A stretch of 64,000 bases of DNA from positions 2,914,001 to 2,978,000 of the forward strand of contig JAQFVV010000005.1 in assembly GCA_028023455.1 (NCBI GenBank), read 5' to 3'. The translations under genes were made by a program, and so were the position numbers. The notes beneath the pieces were generated by a model. It searched no databases. It had not been told where the DNA came from and was given only the letters and a program-made list of their open reading frames with translations. The DNA is from Epiperipatus broadwayi. Taxonomy: Eukaryota; Animalia; Onychophora. Of the stretch, positions 1 through 12,191 are shown piece after piece (the stretch's first letter is position 1; each line of letters begins with the position of its first letter).

Positions 1-130
1 TATATTAAATTTATTGATAGCAAGCAGTTGACATAGTAATAACATGAAAGACTAAAACCTTCCTGCAGATGCGCTTTAAAAAGGCTTAAGTGACAGCCAA
101 TCAGATGTAACAATGACTGCACGTTATAAC

Positions 131-610
131 TTAATTTAAAAACTGTACAAACATATATATATATACGTTAACAAAAATCCAAACATCGTGACTGGATTTA
201 AACTGGAGCATCACTTTATATATGGCATTAGAGTCATTGACGTTATCAACAGCATCGATTTTATTAATAAATATCTTATTAGTAGTTGGTCCCCCATTGA
301 ATGCAATATTAAAACTAGAAGAAATCACTAATATAATAATACCAAACATTTAACTATTCATATGCAGTAATGATATTCATGATTTCTTTTCAATACTTTT
401 TACTCCATTTATGCATATATTTGAAGATGAGATTTTCAATAGTATGGATGTATGAAGAGTTGGAGGGTGGAGTAGATTTAAGACTGCCCATTAAAATTTG
501 AAGATTTGCTATCTTAACGTGAACCGAGCACTGATTATATATATATGTATGGGAGATGATGATCTGGACCAACTGATGAATGCTAGTTCAGCACGAAATA
601 TTTATATTGG
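131..610. mobile_element. Old Penelope-like element relic: minus-strand RT-thumb/linker/GIY-YIG-proximal fragment joined to a plus-strand hammerhead
   Basis: Minus ORF 131-349 (SSSFNIAFNGGPTTNKIFINKIDAVDNVNDSNAIYKV) aligns by eye with the linker of the PLE at 17.8/21.2 kb (QNEFTVGFRTPPNTNRSINNSKDKIDIQTTPHVVYKM). ORF 390-572 loosely resembles the preceding thumb region. A hammerhead motif follows in the opposite orientation at 569-610. No TSD found. Confidence 0.5.
569..610 (+). ncRNA. Minimal type I hammerhead ribozyme, partly decayed, same family as the 50.0-kb twin
   Basis: ccaa CTGATGA atgctagttcagcac GAAA tatttata ttgg. Core, stem I ccaa/ttgg and stem II tgct/agca are present. Nearly identical to ccaaCTGATGAgt(g)ctggttcagcacGAAA at 50008-50047. 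Confidence 0.65.
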
Positions 611-2200
611 ATATCAGTTATCTTTTTCACATGTATGTGGTCATGTATATCGATTGTGGATAGCTGAAGAAAGCTTAAAATTCTGTGTTCAAATCCCCCA
701 TATCAAAGAGATCTCTTAAAAAATATTTTCTTCTGAATGGAGCGTTTAAAATATATTTGAATATATGTATATTTGAAATATTTTTCCTATTATATTTTAC
801 ATACACACAAAAGCAAACGAAAATTTCTACACTTAACGATATTATGTTTAACTGATCACATTTGATCCTAATCGGTGTTTATTTGCCATCGCTTACCTTC
901 CTTTACAATAGTTTTGCCCAGCATTTCAAAATTTAAAGTACGTCATAAATCTTTAGTAAGCTATTTACATCAACAAAATGTATATATATATCAATAAAAA
1001 TATTATTATTTAATTAAAATATGATGAAAAATTGGAATAACCCTTTAATTACCGATAAATGCTGGTAATAAATGGATTTTTCCCACTGCCGTTTCTTTAT
1101 TATAAATAGAAGCGGTGAAAATTATGTACGCCACTGGACGTCTCGGCTTGAAGTCAGAGCTTTGTTTAAATTTCAAATTGCTGTGGTGCGTTACTCGATT
1201 CATTTGAAAAGTCTAATTTTTCTCTTGTCAAAAGAGAGAAGAAAAAAAATAGAACAATAAAAGATAATTAAAATTATATATAGAACTGAAAACAGTTTTT
1301 TACGTAAAACAAAATATTTGAAACTAAAAATAACTGCTGAAAATTTGAAGCAAAGTGAAATTATTTTTTCTACAATCAGAATTTATTTCAAATTCAAATC
1401 TTTGCAAAAGACAAAATGGTACTGAGGAAATTAAGCTATCAGAACAAATACTTACGGGTAAAACTGTTTAAATTATTGTTATTACTATTTTAATAATTCA
1501 AACGTGTTAAATGTATATAAAAATAATTTATTTAGCTACGTACAAGGTTTATTAATAAATAGTACATTTCTATAGAAACTCTCTGAAAATTATATTCTGC
1601 TTTCCACTAGAAGGACTGTTTTGTAATAAAATTATGGCAGTATAAAAGCTATGAAACTGTTTATTAAAGAAGTATGAAGAGGCAGGAAATAGCACAGAGA
1701 TGAAATTACATTAAGAAAAATCTCTTATTCTAGTATTTAATGAGAACTGCAAACTAAAGGATGAAAAATAAGAGAAGTGAAGAAACTTTAAATATTTTGT
1801 AAATGGAATAAAGTATACACATAGTTGGGATAGAAATGAAACGAAAAATAAAAGGGGATGATTTAAAATAGAGCATGTTTTTCATATAATAAATTTAAAA
1901 TACGTACAATTATTTGGAGTGACGTAACTGTTTTAACATTTAAATTTTTTATATAAAATGATTATCTTTACTTACTATTAGTTTACATAAATACTATGAA
2001 ATAATAGCAAACATAAAAGAAGGATTTGATTATAGACGTAGTTTATACGGAGATGAAAGAAAGTAAGTATTGAAATCTTTTTTTATATTCGTTATCTCGT
2101 ATTAGATAATGAGTTATAATTAGCAACTGAAGGCTATTCATTTAAAACAGAGGGAACTTCTTTTTGAAAGAGGGGAAGTAAAAGTAAATTAAAAATATTT

Positions 2201-5200
2201 TAGGGTTGCACCGATATATAAAATGGCCGATTACCAATTAATCGACAATGCACTACCGGCCGATTATTAAATACAGTTAAACGCCAGGTGGCCATTTGGT
2301 GGGGGGAGTCACTCTCGTGGGAGGTCTCTCACACCACCAACACATGCCATTACATTATTGGAGCCTAAAAAAAACTAAAGTCTTTAGACAGGCTTTGGTG
2401 CCGCTAGAATCGAATGCAAACATTTTTATATATACATAATAAAAGTTTTGGTAAAATTAAGATTTATTTTCATTTATTTTTATCATTTTTATATGCCTAA
2501 ATAAATAAAACTTAAATAAATATTTATTCTGAGCACTATAACGAATTAATTCTATATACATTTAATTCAATGGAGAAAAATAACTCGAGATGTGAGCTGT
2601 TACAAGAAACGAATTAAATTCGTAAGCCTTATAGATATCATTCACTATAAACCCAGGATATAAAAAAAAATCAGGACGCTTCATAATTTTTTTTAATAAT
2701 TCTATATATATGTTTGAGGATGACAAAATCATGACAAATCAGGACTTCTAGCAACCCTAATTATATTATTAAATATCTGAGCCTAAAACATCCTTATCTA
2801 TGAGGTCTAATTGTTAAAAGATTGTGCAATTATCGTACTCATATTTAATTTATTGTAATAATAATTGGTTGGAAGATCTATTAGCTGCAGTTTTTAGTTT
2901 TCTTTGAAAAGCATATACATTGTTTATAAAACATTTTATTTAAAACTTTTATATTTTAAAACATCTTATCAAGAACCTATAATCCTTTATCGTTTCAAAA
3001 GAGCAAATGTACTTATAATCTCTTTTCCACCAATAGTAATTAATGCAACAATAGTTAAATAATATTATGTTTGAAATTTTATAACGATAAAATTATTTTT
3101 AATATCAAGTTATTTTCTTTTTCAGATTCATTTATTATTTTTTAAAACTTTTCCCAAATCCCAGCCTGTCATGGCTTCCAATATTGTATGAAAACTTTTT
3201 AATATAGACAAAAACAAGAGGTTTTCAAAGTGCAATTTATATCATGGTTTAATATCGAGAGATGGAAAAAAAATGCTAAAACTTTTACAACCACAAACAT
3301 GATAAATCATCTCAAAAAAAATATCATCATAAAGACTTTTGAAAAGAAACTGAAAAGATGAAAAGAGAAATCAATAAAGATGAATGTTCATCTGTAACAG
3401 CAGAAACACATACACTAAGACAGGCTACTTTAACTCAAGTATTAGAGAAGACAAAATTGTGGTGTATAAATGATCAACGATTCAAAGAAGTTCATTATTT
3501 GATTGAAGAAATGATAACTGTAGATATGCAATTATACTCTGTTATATCTGATTTAGAATTTCAAAGATTACTAAAAAAATTGCTCCTAATTACAATATTC
3601 CTAGCAGAAAATATTTTTCTGGCAATATCATCCCTGATATATTTCAAAAAGTTCAGTCAAAAATTCAAAAATGTATTGATTATGCAAAATATATTTTTCT
3701 AACCATTGATATTTAGACAGCAACTACACACAATTCTTTTTTAGGTGTAACAGGCCATTAGTTGAATGATCATTTTCAGCAAGAAAGAGCTATTTTGACA
3801 ATTGTTTCCTTTGAAAGTTCCCACACAGCTACACGAATCAGTGATTAGGTAAATAATGTGCTTAAACAATATAACTTGACAAGTGATAAATTATTCTTAA
3901 TATTGAGAGATTCTGGAGCAAATATGATAGTTGGAATCAGGAATTGCAATTTAGAGGCATTGTCCTGCTTTATACATATACTGCAGTTGATGCTTAAAGA
4001 AGTAATAATTTCTCAACAAACTATGAACACTCTACTCGCTGCTAATAGAAATATTGTCACACATTTTAATCATTCTGCTTTAGCCTTAAGTAAATTGGAA
4101 GATTTGCAAGATAAGTTAAATTTACAGAAACACAAATTAATTTAAGATGTGACTACTTACTAAAATTCTACATACTACATGTTGGAAAAAAACTTGGAAT
4201 AGCAAAAAGCTCTTGTCACATGCACTATAGACAGTACAATTTCCATGTTGAAACTCTTATCAGTGATCTCTCATTGATAAATTTTTTCGAGCCAGCAAAT
4301 GAAAAACCACATCATCTTTAATAATTCCTATAATAGATACTGTCGGTAAGTAATTCCTTTAGTGGAATTTATACTGCAGTAGAAGAACTACAAGTTTCAA
4401 TGAAGAAAAGATTTTCAGCATACATAAACAACAAGTCTTTATGCTTATCTTTATTAGATCCAAGATTCAAAATGAAATTTCAAAAAGAGGATATGGTAGA
4501 GAAAATAAAAAGATGGACATTTGATAGCTTAGAAAATAATTCAAAATTTCAAGAAGAATTAAATTTTGAAGCTTCTACTTCTGAGAATGATCAAGATAGA
4601 GGAGAATCTTGTAAGTTTTTTCAATTTATTTGATGAATTAGCTTTTGGTAAACAAAAGAATGGAGAAGAGCATGTTTTCCAAATGAAAGAAAAAAGAAAC
4701 AAAAAAATAAACTTTTTGATCAAGAATTAGAAAACTATTTAAATTTACCCCCTATACCAAGACATAGTGATTCAGTTTTGTAGTGGAGAAGGTCAGAAGA
4801 ACTTTTTTTAAATTTGAGCAAACTAGATTTGAAATATCTAAGTCCTCCACTATCTTCCTATGAAAGTGAAAGAATTTTCAGCACTAGAGGTAACATTTAT
4901 AACTGACAAGGAAGAGGCTATGCTTTGAAAATGGTAAAATTCTTATGTTTTTCCATTACAATTTAAGAGTTTTAAATTTTGAATATTAATTTTTTAATAT
5001 GTTAAAATAAAAGAAATAATTTTTAATGGGCTAAAAAAGAAATAACTCTTTAAAAGGATAAACTAAAAGGAATATTTTTTAAAAATATGTCAAATGAATA
5101 ATTTGAATTAATTTTTTTTTTTAGTTAAATTTCATTTTTTCATGTAAGCAATAAATATATATAACAGAAATCTTTGATTTTTGATTACTAACCCCAACAA

Positions 5201-5313
5201 CAATATTAAAAGACAAAAATTGCCAATTATCAAAGTTGGCAAATACCGATTAATTGGGAAATGACTGGTATGGTTGATTACTGATTACTTGCCAATTAAT
5301 CAGTGTAATCCTA
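2201..5313 (+). mobile_element. hAT DNA transposon (Ac/ZBED-like, BED finger), full extent, decayed
   Basis: Imperfect TIRs TAGGGTTGCACCGAT (2201) and, as reverse complement, TAGGATTACACTGAT (ends 5313). Perfect 8-bp TSD AAATATTT at 2193-2200 and 5314-5321. Confidence 0.92.
3170..4990 (+). pseudogene. Disrupted hAT transposase (BED finger, catalytic core, C-terminal dimerisation domain)
   Basis: Fragmented ORFs 3358-3702, 3858-4145 and 4400-4633. Motifs: TTTNMINHL (BED-like), ILRDSGANM, SCFIHILQL, LLDPRFK, ELENYL...W, LSPP...ESERIFS. Many stops and frameshifts. Confidence 0.88.
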
Positions 5314-7262
5314 AAATATTTTAAACATTATGAGAGTAAAATTGCTTCATATGAAGTGCAAAAAAACAGCAGGCAAATAAGATTTTACAAAATGCAAAGT
5401 TAAGAGATTGACAATTTATTTTTATGTGTTTATATAAGAAATAGGATAAACATATAAAGAATATATGACAAATACTCATTTATGAGAGATGGAAACAATT
5501 GATAGAGAAATTTGAGAGAAAAAAAAAGTCAAAATAAATGGTTTGGTATTAAAGAGAAAATATGTAAAATATGAAAAAATATAAGATATCATTAAAAAGA
5601 GTTATTGTTGTTTGATGCTAAAGAAGTAGTTTTAGACATCAGATAGAGAAATCAAAGATGCAATAAGGATTTGGATTGTAGATAGGGTTTATATGGAGAT
5701 GAAATAATAAATATAGAATATTCATGTTTTGAAGGGATATTGAAAAATTATTAGAATAAAATATATAGAGAATGGAAGCCATTTAAAAGTAAAGGAAATG
5801 TAAAAAATAAATATTTTATGATTTATTTTTCTAAACCTTTATAATAAAATTGGAAAGGGTGATGATAGGATAGGGAATTAATGAAATAGATTTTATTAAA
5901 AGATAGGAGAGAAAAAAGGAGATGAATTAGAGTTGCAAAAATAGTGGATAATAAAGAATAAATGTCACAGGAGATTATTGTGATATATGGGAATTTTAGA
6001 GGAAGAAAATGTTTAAGTTGGCTAATAAGGCTTTTGGAAATATAGCCCATGTACTGGACATATAGCGCTTTCATTTCAGAGTTAAACAAAAAGCTGTTTT
6101 ACATTAAACCCATTGGTTTTTCTTTTTTTACATTTTGAAATTGAAAAGGAAAATTTGGTGAAATTCATGTAACGATAATAAATAGGTAAATTCAAAACTG
6201 ATTAAGCTTGCAGTATTTTCTTTGGTGCAAATCATCTACAAATTTATCTTCTTTTCTTTTTCAAATACTCAGATCTAACTGGACAACTTTGAGACAATTT
6301 TTTTTTATTTTTCATTCTTTTTTTCATTTGAACGTCTACATTCCTTTTAACAATTTTTTTTAATAATGTCTCTAGCCTAAATTCATATCCAAATAATTAT
6401 TTTTCTATTTTTTACTTTTCTTAATAAATATTTTCCTTTTTAGATTTTTCAGCAGTTATATTTTTTAAATTTCATGTTTCAGGTATCACTTTCAATAACG
6501 ACTCAACTTAAAAATCCACCCTTTTCTTCTAAATTTCAAATCAAGTATTTATCAAATCATTTCAAAAAAGTTAAATTCAATATTATTATTAAACTGTTCT
6601 TCTATAACGGATTTCATCATTCTTTTCTTCCAAGGTCTAAAAATGGTCATTTAAAAGCTTTAACATCAAAAAAAATTATTTTAACTAATATATTAATTTT
6701 TTCTCTATCTTTTTTAATTATGTTTTGCTGTCTATATATGTAAATCTTGGCTGTTATAAAGAGACATACACTCGCACACACATATAAAACTAATATTCCA
6801 TATTTGTCGCACGTTAGCCCTATGCAGTCATTTTGAAAAAAAAAATTCCAACATAATCTCTTTCATTATATTTGCATTTCAGTAAAAAAACACTTACATT
6901 TGGCATGTGATTTAAAATTCTGAAACAGCAGTGAGAATTTTTTATTTCTACATCTAAATTACAAGCAGTAAGATTTTGAAACTTAAATGTTTAAAGCATT
7001 AGTGACTTATAGAGAAAGATTATTGAGCTAATTAATTCTTTACTATTCATAATATCGATTGTTCATGTATATTTATATTAAAATAGCCAATGGATTTATA
7101 GTTGGGCGTTTTAATATGGACATAATAATCCCCATATATTATGAATATTAAAGATTGAATAAGTTGAACTCTGTATATGTCGTCACTGATTCTATAAAAT
7201 TACGTTTTCGTCTAATAGTTAGATAATTATTATACAATTAAAACAATTTAAGTAATTAAAGC

Positions 7263-7740
7263 ATGGGTCTAGGTAATATTAAAACAATAATATTTAACAA
7301 TTCAAAGATAGACTACTACAAAATACTTAATATAAAAGAATGGATTCGTAGAAGAGATATTCCTACAATCAGGCTGGCAATTTTCATCACCTATGCCATT
7401 TGGATTGTAAGGTGCAAGGCACAATACCAACATCCCAAGCCAGATGAAAACTCATTATTTATTCAGAGCATAGAGAAAATTAAACAGAGACAAAACTCTT
7501 GCAACAACATTCATTTTTCAAGAGACATGGAAGCTATATCAGACTCTTCAATAAAGTTAACAAAGAACTTAACCACTAAATACCTAACCCTGTTTGAACT
7601 CAATAATGTTAGTTCCATAACTCATCTAATATTGTAATTTTTCATTACTCATATTTGTAATGTATCACCCATATTTATACCCATTTCATAAAGAGTGTAA
7701 CACAGGTATTAATTAGTTTAATAAATGTTTTGAGATAAAG
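7263..7740 (+). mobile_element. Probable 3' fragment of an L1/Tx1-like non-LTR retrotransposon
   Basis: ORF 7263-7637 contains AIWIVRCKAQY, resembling the IW..R(N/C) motif at the ORF2 C-terminus. An AT-rich 3' UTR with AATAAA follows near 7720. Similar to the fragment at 32.8 kb. No TSD found. Confidence 0.45.
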
Positions 7741-10700
7741 TTCTTCTGTATATTAATATTACACGTTATTTTTATTTATACAATTTAATGAATATTTATA
7801 TACTCAGTTACAATTGAATAAAATGTAAAAACAGTCCCTGAATGGTAAAGAAAGGGCTTATTGGCATCTTTCCATTGAGAAATTCAAGAATAGTTATTAT
7901 TCATTCGGGTGTATTGGTTGTACGTTTAAACTTTCTTTATATATCTCTATGTGTTGGTTTTTAAAGTTTTTTTTTTATGCTTTTATTATAATCCTGAAAT
8001 CTATCTCATTTGCAAAAAAAGCAAAAAATGTTATCTCAAGATAAAATCTTAAGAATAAGAAGTTAATATCTTTACATATATATTTTTCCTAGGAAGGAAA
8101 TCTGCCCCAAAACTAAATAAAATTTATTCAATTACAATGACTATTGACTAGTAAAGTAATCTTCCAATTTGTATACAATGATTTGACTACTCTCTCTATA
8201 TATTGTACCAAGATCGTATTGGTACATATATCTAATCGTGTCTAAAAAATTATTAAAATAAAATACAGTTCGTTAAAACAAAATAGTATGTAAAAGTTTA
8301 AGAGTTTTTTTTTATTGCAGTTTGTTTTCCAAACGTAAAATTAAAAGTCAAAGAGTTTTATTTTTATATTATTAGTAGTTGAAATAAAAGTTACAATTAA
8401 TTAATTAGAAGGGGGGAGGAGGTTTGCTTTAGAAACATCAATTAAAAGTTTATAAAAGAAGTTTAAAGAGTTTTTTTGCTAAAAACAATTAATTCATAGT
8501 TTTACGGGGAAAATTAAAAGAAATTGATTTTCAAATAAGTAAAAAAATATCTCTTTTGAGTTAAAGAAAGAAAAAGTAAACTTAAAACTAATATTGAGTT
8601 TATTAGAAAAATATACATGTGTGTAAATGACGAATTAATGTGAGCTTGTTAGTAAAATATATATATGCGATAGTAAACATAGTATAAATACGTGAGTGTT
8701 AAAATGAAATAAACTAAAGTTAAAAAATTAAAAACACTCAGCGATGGCTACTAATTAAAAATGTAAAAACAAAATGTGTAATGGCTGCTAATTAAAGATC
8801 TCCAAAAACATGTAATTAAAAGCTTATCTAGAGTAATGCAATTAAAAACAAGGAAGGAATTTCGACAACAGATATTGCTGGTAAACATCAAAATGACAAC
8901 AGGTCTTATTAATAAATAGTCCAGTTTTTTCATCAGACAATCAGTTGAGATACCAGTTGAGAAAGAGTGCAGTTCAGTTTAGCAAGATCACATCAGATTA
9001 AATTTGATCAGTTGACAATGCAGTGTTAGAAACCTTGGAAACATACAACATTCTCTAGCCCGAGATCAGTAAAACAGCAAACCTGCCTGGAAAAGGATAA
9101 TTCCTGCCTAAAAACTTAAAGAATTGCCAGGAATATTTAGCTGTCTCCAAGAATACTGTCACTGAATAATAAACCTCCTCAGGAAAACATCGAATCCAGC
9201 CATCTGAAAATATTCCCACTTGAAGCAGCAACCAGGAAGAAAACAAAATCCTATTAAAATCAAGTTCACAGCAAACAGCAAGAAGAAGTCCACATTCTAA
9301 AATCCTAGGTAATAACATTTTTTTTGTTCTCATTTCTAAAGTAGCCATCACATTAGTTTGAAGCCTCCCAGAGTCAAGTAATAATGAACTCTATAAGCAT
9401 GCATAAACGAACTATTGCTGTGTGTGTTTTGAAACGTTGTGTGTGTTCATGCTTAGGATATATTGATTTCATTGTACTTTAAATGTCAAATATTGTTTAA
9501 TTCTTTGTTATATTATATTGCTATTATATATGTGTGAGCCTGAAGTTATGATAAGCCCTTGTTCATTTAAATAAGATTTATAAAAGTATTTAAAATTATT
9601 ATAATAAATGTTAATTAAAATAAATTGTCTTTTAAACTTAAAGTTTAATTTTGTCAGTCAATTCTTTTCACCATTAATTAAAGCAATAAGTTGTGAATGT
9701 ATTACAATAGACTGAGCTAGTTAAGGGATTTTTTGAGCGCTGGATTATGGGCCTACTGTCCAAACACGTTAGTTCTAGAAACTAGCTGGCGCCTGGGGTT
9801 TACTCTGAAACAAATAAAGTGCTTGGATAGTAGGGGTTTGAATCTAGCAGTCGGGCCACGATCTGGAAATGTGATAGTGTTATGCATTGCATAGCTCGGT
9901 CTGATCGTGGGTATTGTTGATAGATCTGCTATCAATAATATTCTCCACTCTGCTCAGATGGACCAGTTTGTTCATGAAATATTTATAAGATTATAAATTT
10001 ATTATAAATAAGGTTTAACCCCAACTAAACCTAGCGAGTAGGGTGTGTTGGATCGACGACGGATTGAACCCGGCACAATATATATATACAAAATAATAGT
10101 ATAAAATAAAAAAGTAATATATATATATATAACTTTAGATCATAATTTTTGATTTATTTGCTAAAACACATATTTTAATGACTGAATAGAAACACATTGA
10201 TAGAGACCAATGTGACCAATTGTTTTATGCATACAAATTATAATAATGTAGATTTTTTTATCAGTAAATATATATATATAAACTTAATATACATGCATTT
10301 ATAATACACTTGATATTTGCTGTTATAGCTATCATTGTTCTATTTACTATAAATATATAGCCTTGATTAATAAATGAAAGGGAATTATAGGAGAAGCTTT
10401 ACATAAACTAGCTAGTACTTATATATGTATAGTTCTGAATCTTATATATATAACTTTTTTTTGTTTGCTTAATATATATTTGTATTTATTTTATTTTTAA
10501 AACTTTTATTTCAATTTATTGATTTTATTATTCTTTTTGTAAGTAGATATTAAAATTATAAATTATCATAACAAAATTTTGATTTTAGTTTAAAAATAAT
10601 AACTCCTAATATCAAAATGTAAAATAAATACAATTAAAAGAAGATAAATGTAATATTTATTAAAAGATAAAATAAATGCAATTAAAAGATGATAAATGTA

Positions 10701-10931
10701 ATATTTATAATAATAATCAAATATTATTTATAAACTTATATAAAAAATATTTAGTGCAAAACTGATTTTTCCATGGATTATTTATGCTTTTAGATAAAGA
10801 ATTCATAACTAAAATCATGTGATGATTATCAAATCAATTAACTTTATCTTTCATATTGCATTGCTAAATTCTTACAATATTAATATCATTTACAATCTTT
10901 ATTACTTTTACAATGCTTTTTACAACCCACT

Positions 10932-10970
10932 ATTGACAGTTTTCATTGCCCCAGCAATCATCTTCAGAAC
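10932..10970 (-). ncRNA. Minimal hammerhead ribozyme (left twin, decayed)
   Basis: Reverse complement: gtt CTGAAGA tgattgc tggg gcaat GAAA actGTC aat. Has an extra A after GAAA. Confidence 0.55.
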
Positions 10971-10981
10971 TTCTACTTATG

Positions 10982-11020
10982 GTTCTGAAGAGGATTGCTG
11001 GGGCAATTGAAACTGTCAAT
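10982..11020 (+). ncRNA. Minimal hammerhead ribozyme (right twin)
   Basis: gtt CTGAAGA g gattgc tggg gcaatt GAAA ct GTC aat. Core at 10985-10991, stem II gattgc/gcaatt, GAAA at 11009-11012, GUC site at 11015-11017, short stem I gtt/aat. Confidence 0.65.
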
Positions 11021-11696
11021 AGTGGATTATAAAAAGCATTGTACAAGTAATAAAGAACATAAATGATAATAACATTATAGGAAATCAAATAAATTAGTGT
11101 AGTAAATAAACTTGCAAATAATGTTTACTTTCTCTAGCCTACACATTAATATATAGTAAAAAAAATCAATTATTGGAAAACAAAATGGCTAAAACTTTTT
11201 TATTGGTGAAGATTTTTTGTTTTGTACTAATCAAATTAGCTTTCAGTTTCAAATAAATATTCTAATAAAATTCTAATACTTTTAACATGCCCATAAATAT
11301 TTTATTGTTTATCAAATATGACACACTTATAATATGAATCTAGAATTATTACTGTATAATACTGCTGAGGTAATATAAAAGTGGCCTTTTTTTTTATCTG
11401 ATCAACAGAGTGTCACTAGTATAATAAAGTAGAAGTTATTTTCTAGTTTCTTTTAATGACTCTTTGGAAAATCTGACTTATAAATTATCATAGCAATAAT
11501 TTTGACTTAGTTCTTCCATTTCCATGAATACCTTTATGTCATCAGTGTTATATGTTTAGTAAGCTGTAATTCATTTATAGACAAACAAAGGCAAAACTCT
11601 CCATACAATAGTGCCACCCTGTGCCAAACAGAGTAATCAATGGATGCCAGAAGGCTTGTGCATAAAATCCCTATCTAGTACCTACTCATCCAATAT

Positions 11697-11736
11697 CCTC
11701 AGACTAGTTTCTGGCTTGTGGCCATCATCAGTGAGG
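11697..11736 (-). ncRNA. Minimal type I hammerhead ribozyme (canonical core, best copy)
   Basis: Reverse complement: cctca CTGATGA tggc cacaa gcca GAA ACTAGT C tgagg. Perfect stems I and II, palindromic stem III ACTAGT, GUC cleavage triplet. Confidence 0.9.
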
Positions 11737-12151
11737 AGCCTTGGATCTGAGAGCACTGCACCTAGATCTTAGGATCTAATGCAACCCTCCAGCAGCCATC
11801 TTTTAACTCTACTTTACTACAAAACTATGAGAATGAAATTGAAAACACAATAATATTTTCAATCTAAGCTCAATAGCTTATATAGTCATATGCGTCTGAA
11901 CTCAATTCAGCACCCATACATTTTGGTGTCTTTGGCTCTTAAACAACCATAGCCACCACTATCCTATTAGGTAGGATTGGTGTTAAACCACTAAACATCA
12001 CATGATCACCATCTCTATACTAGCACATAATTGTTGTAAACAAAGGCAAAACTCTCCATACAGTAGTGCCACTCTGTGCCAAACAGAGTAATCAATGGAT
12101 GCCAGAAGGCTTGTGCATAAAATCCCTATCTAGTGCCTACTCATCCAATAT

Positions 12152-12191
12152 CCCCAAACTAGTTTCTGGTTTGTGGCCATCATCAGTGAGA
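12152..12191 (-). ncRNA. Minimal type I hammerhead ribozyme (mutated copy)
   Basis: Reverse complement: tctca CTGATGA tggc cacaa acca GAA ACTAGT T tgggg. One stem II mismatch and a GUU site. Confidence 0.8.

Larger units (their letters stand above)
10845..11081. mobile_element. Head-to-head twin-hammerhead mini-insertion (long palindrome)
   Basis: Inverted arms of about 100 bp (10868-10970 and 10982-11081) around an 11-nt spacer, each carrying a hammerhead core reading outward. Candidate TSD aaatcaattaactt (10831-10844) / aaatcaaataaatt (11082-11095), 12/14 identical. Confidence 0.65.

Noticed and set aside
2015-5705. Similar 40-bp motifs (ggatttg.att.taga...tttata.ggagatgaaa) at ~2020 and ~5670 as LTRs or a TSD
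   Set aside because: They lie outside the hAT boundaries defined by TIR and TSD, are short and diverged, and probably belong to an older unidentified repeat.
8700-9351. Coding-like stretch as a gag zinc knuckle or a GIY-YIG C-terminus
   Set aside because: Each reading needs several assumed mutations and neither is supportable. The minus ORF 9055-9351 has no recognisable motif.
9780-9800. TGGCGCC as an LTR primer-binding site
   Set aside because: Only 7 nt match, with no adjacent TG...CA LTR or gag/pol sequence.
11505-11550. Minus-strand CTGATGA...GAAA just left of the retrozyme
   Set aside because: Only a 3-bp stem II; there is no UH site with a stem I partner. Likely chance.
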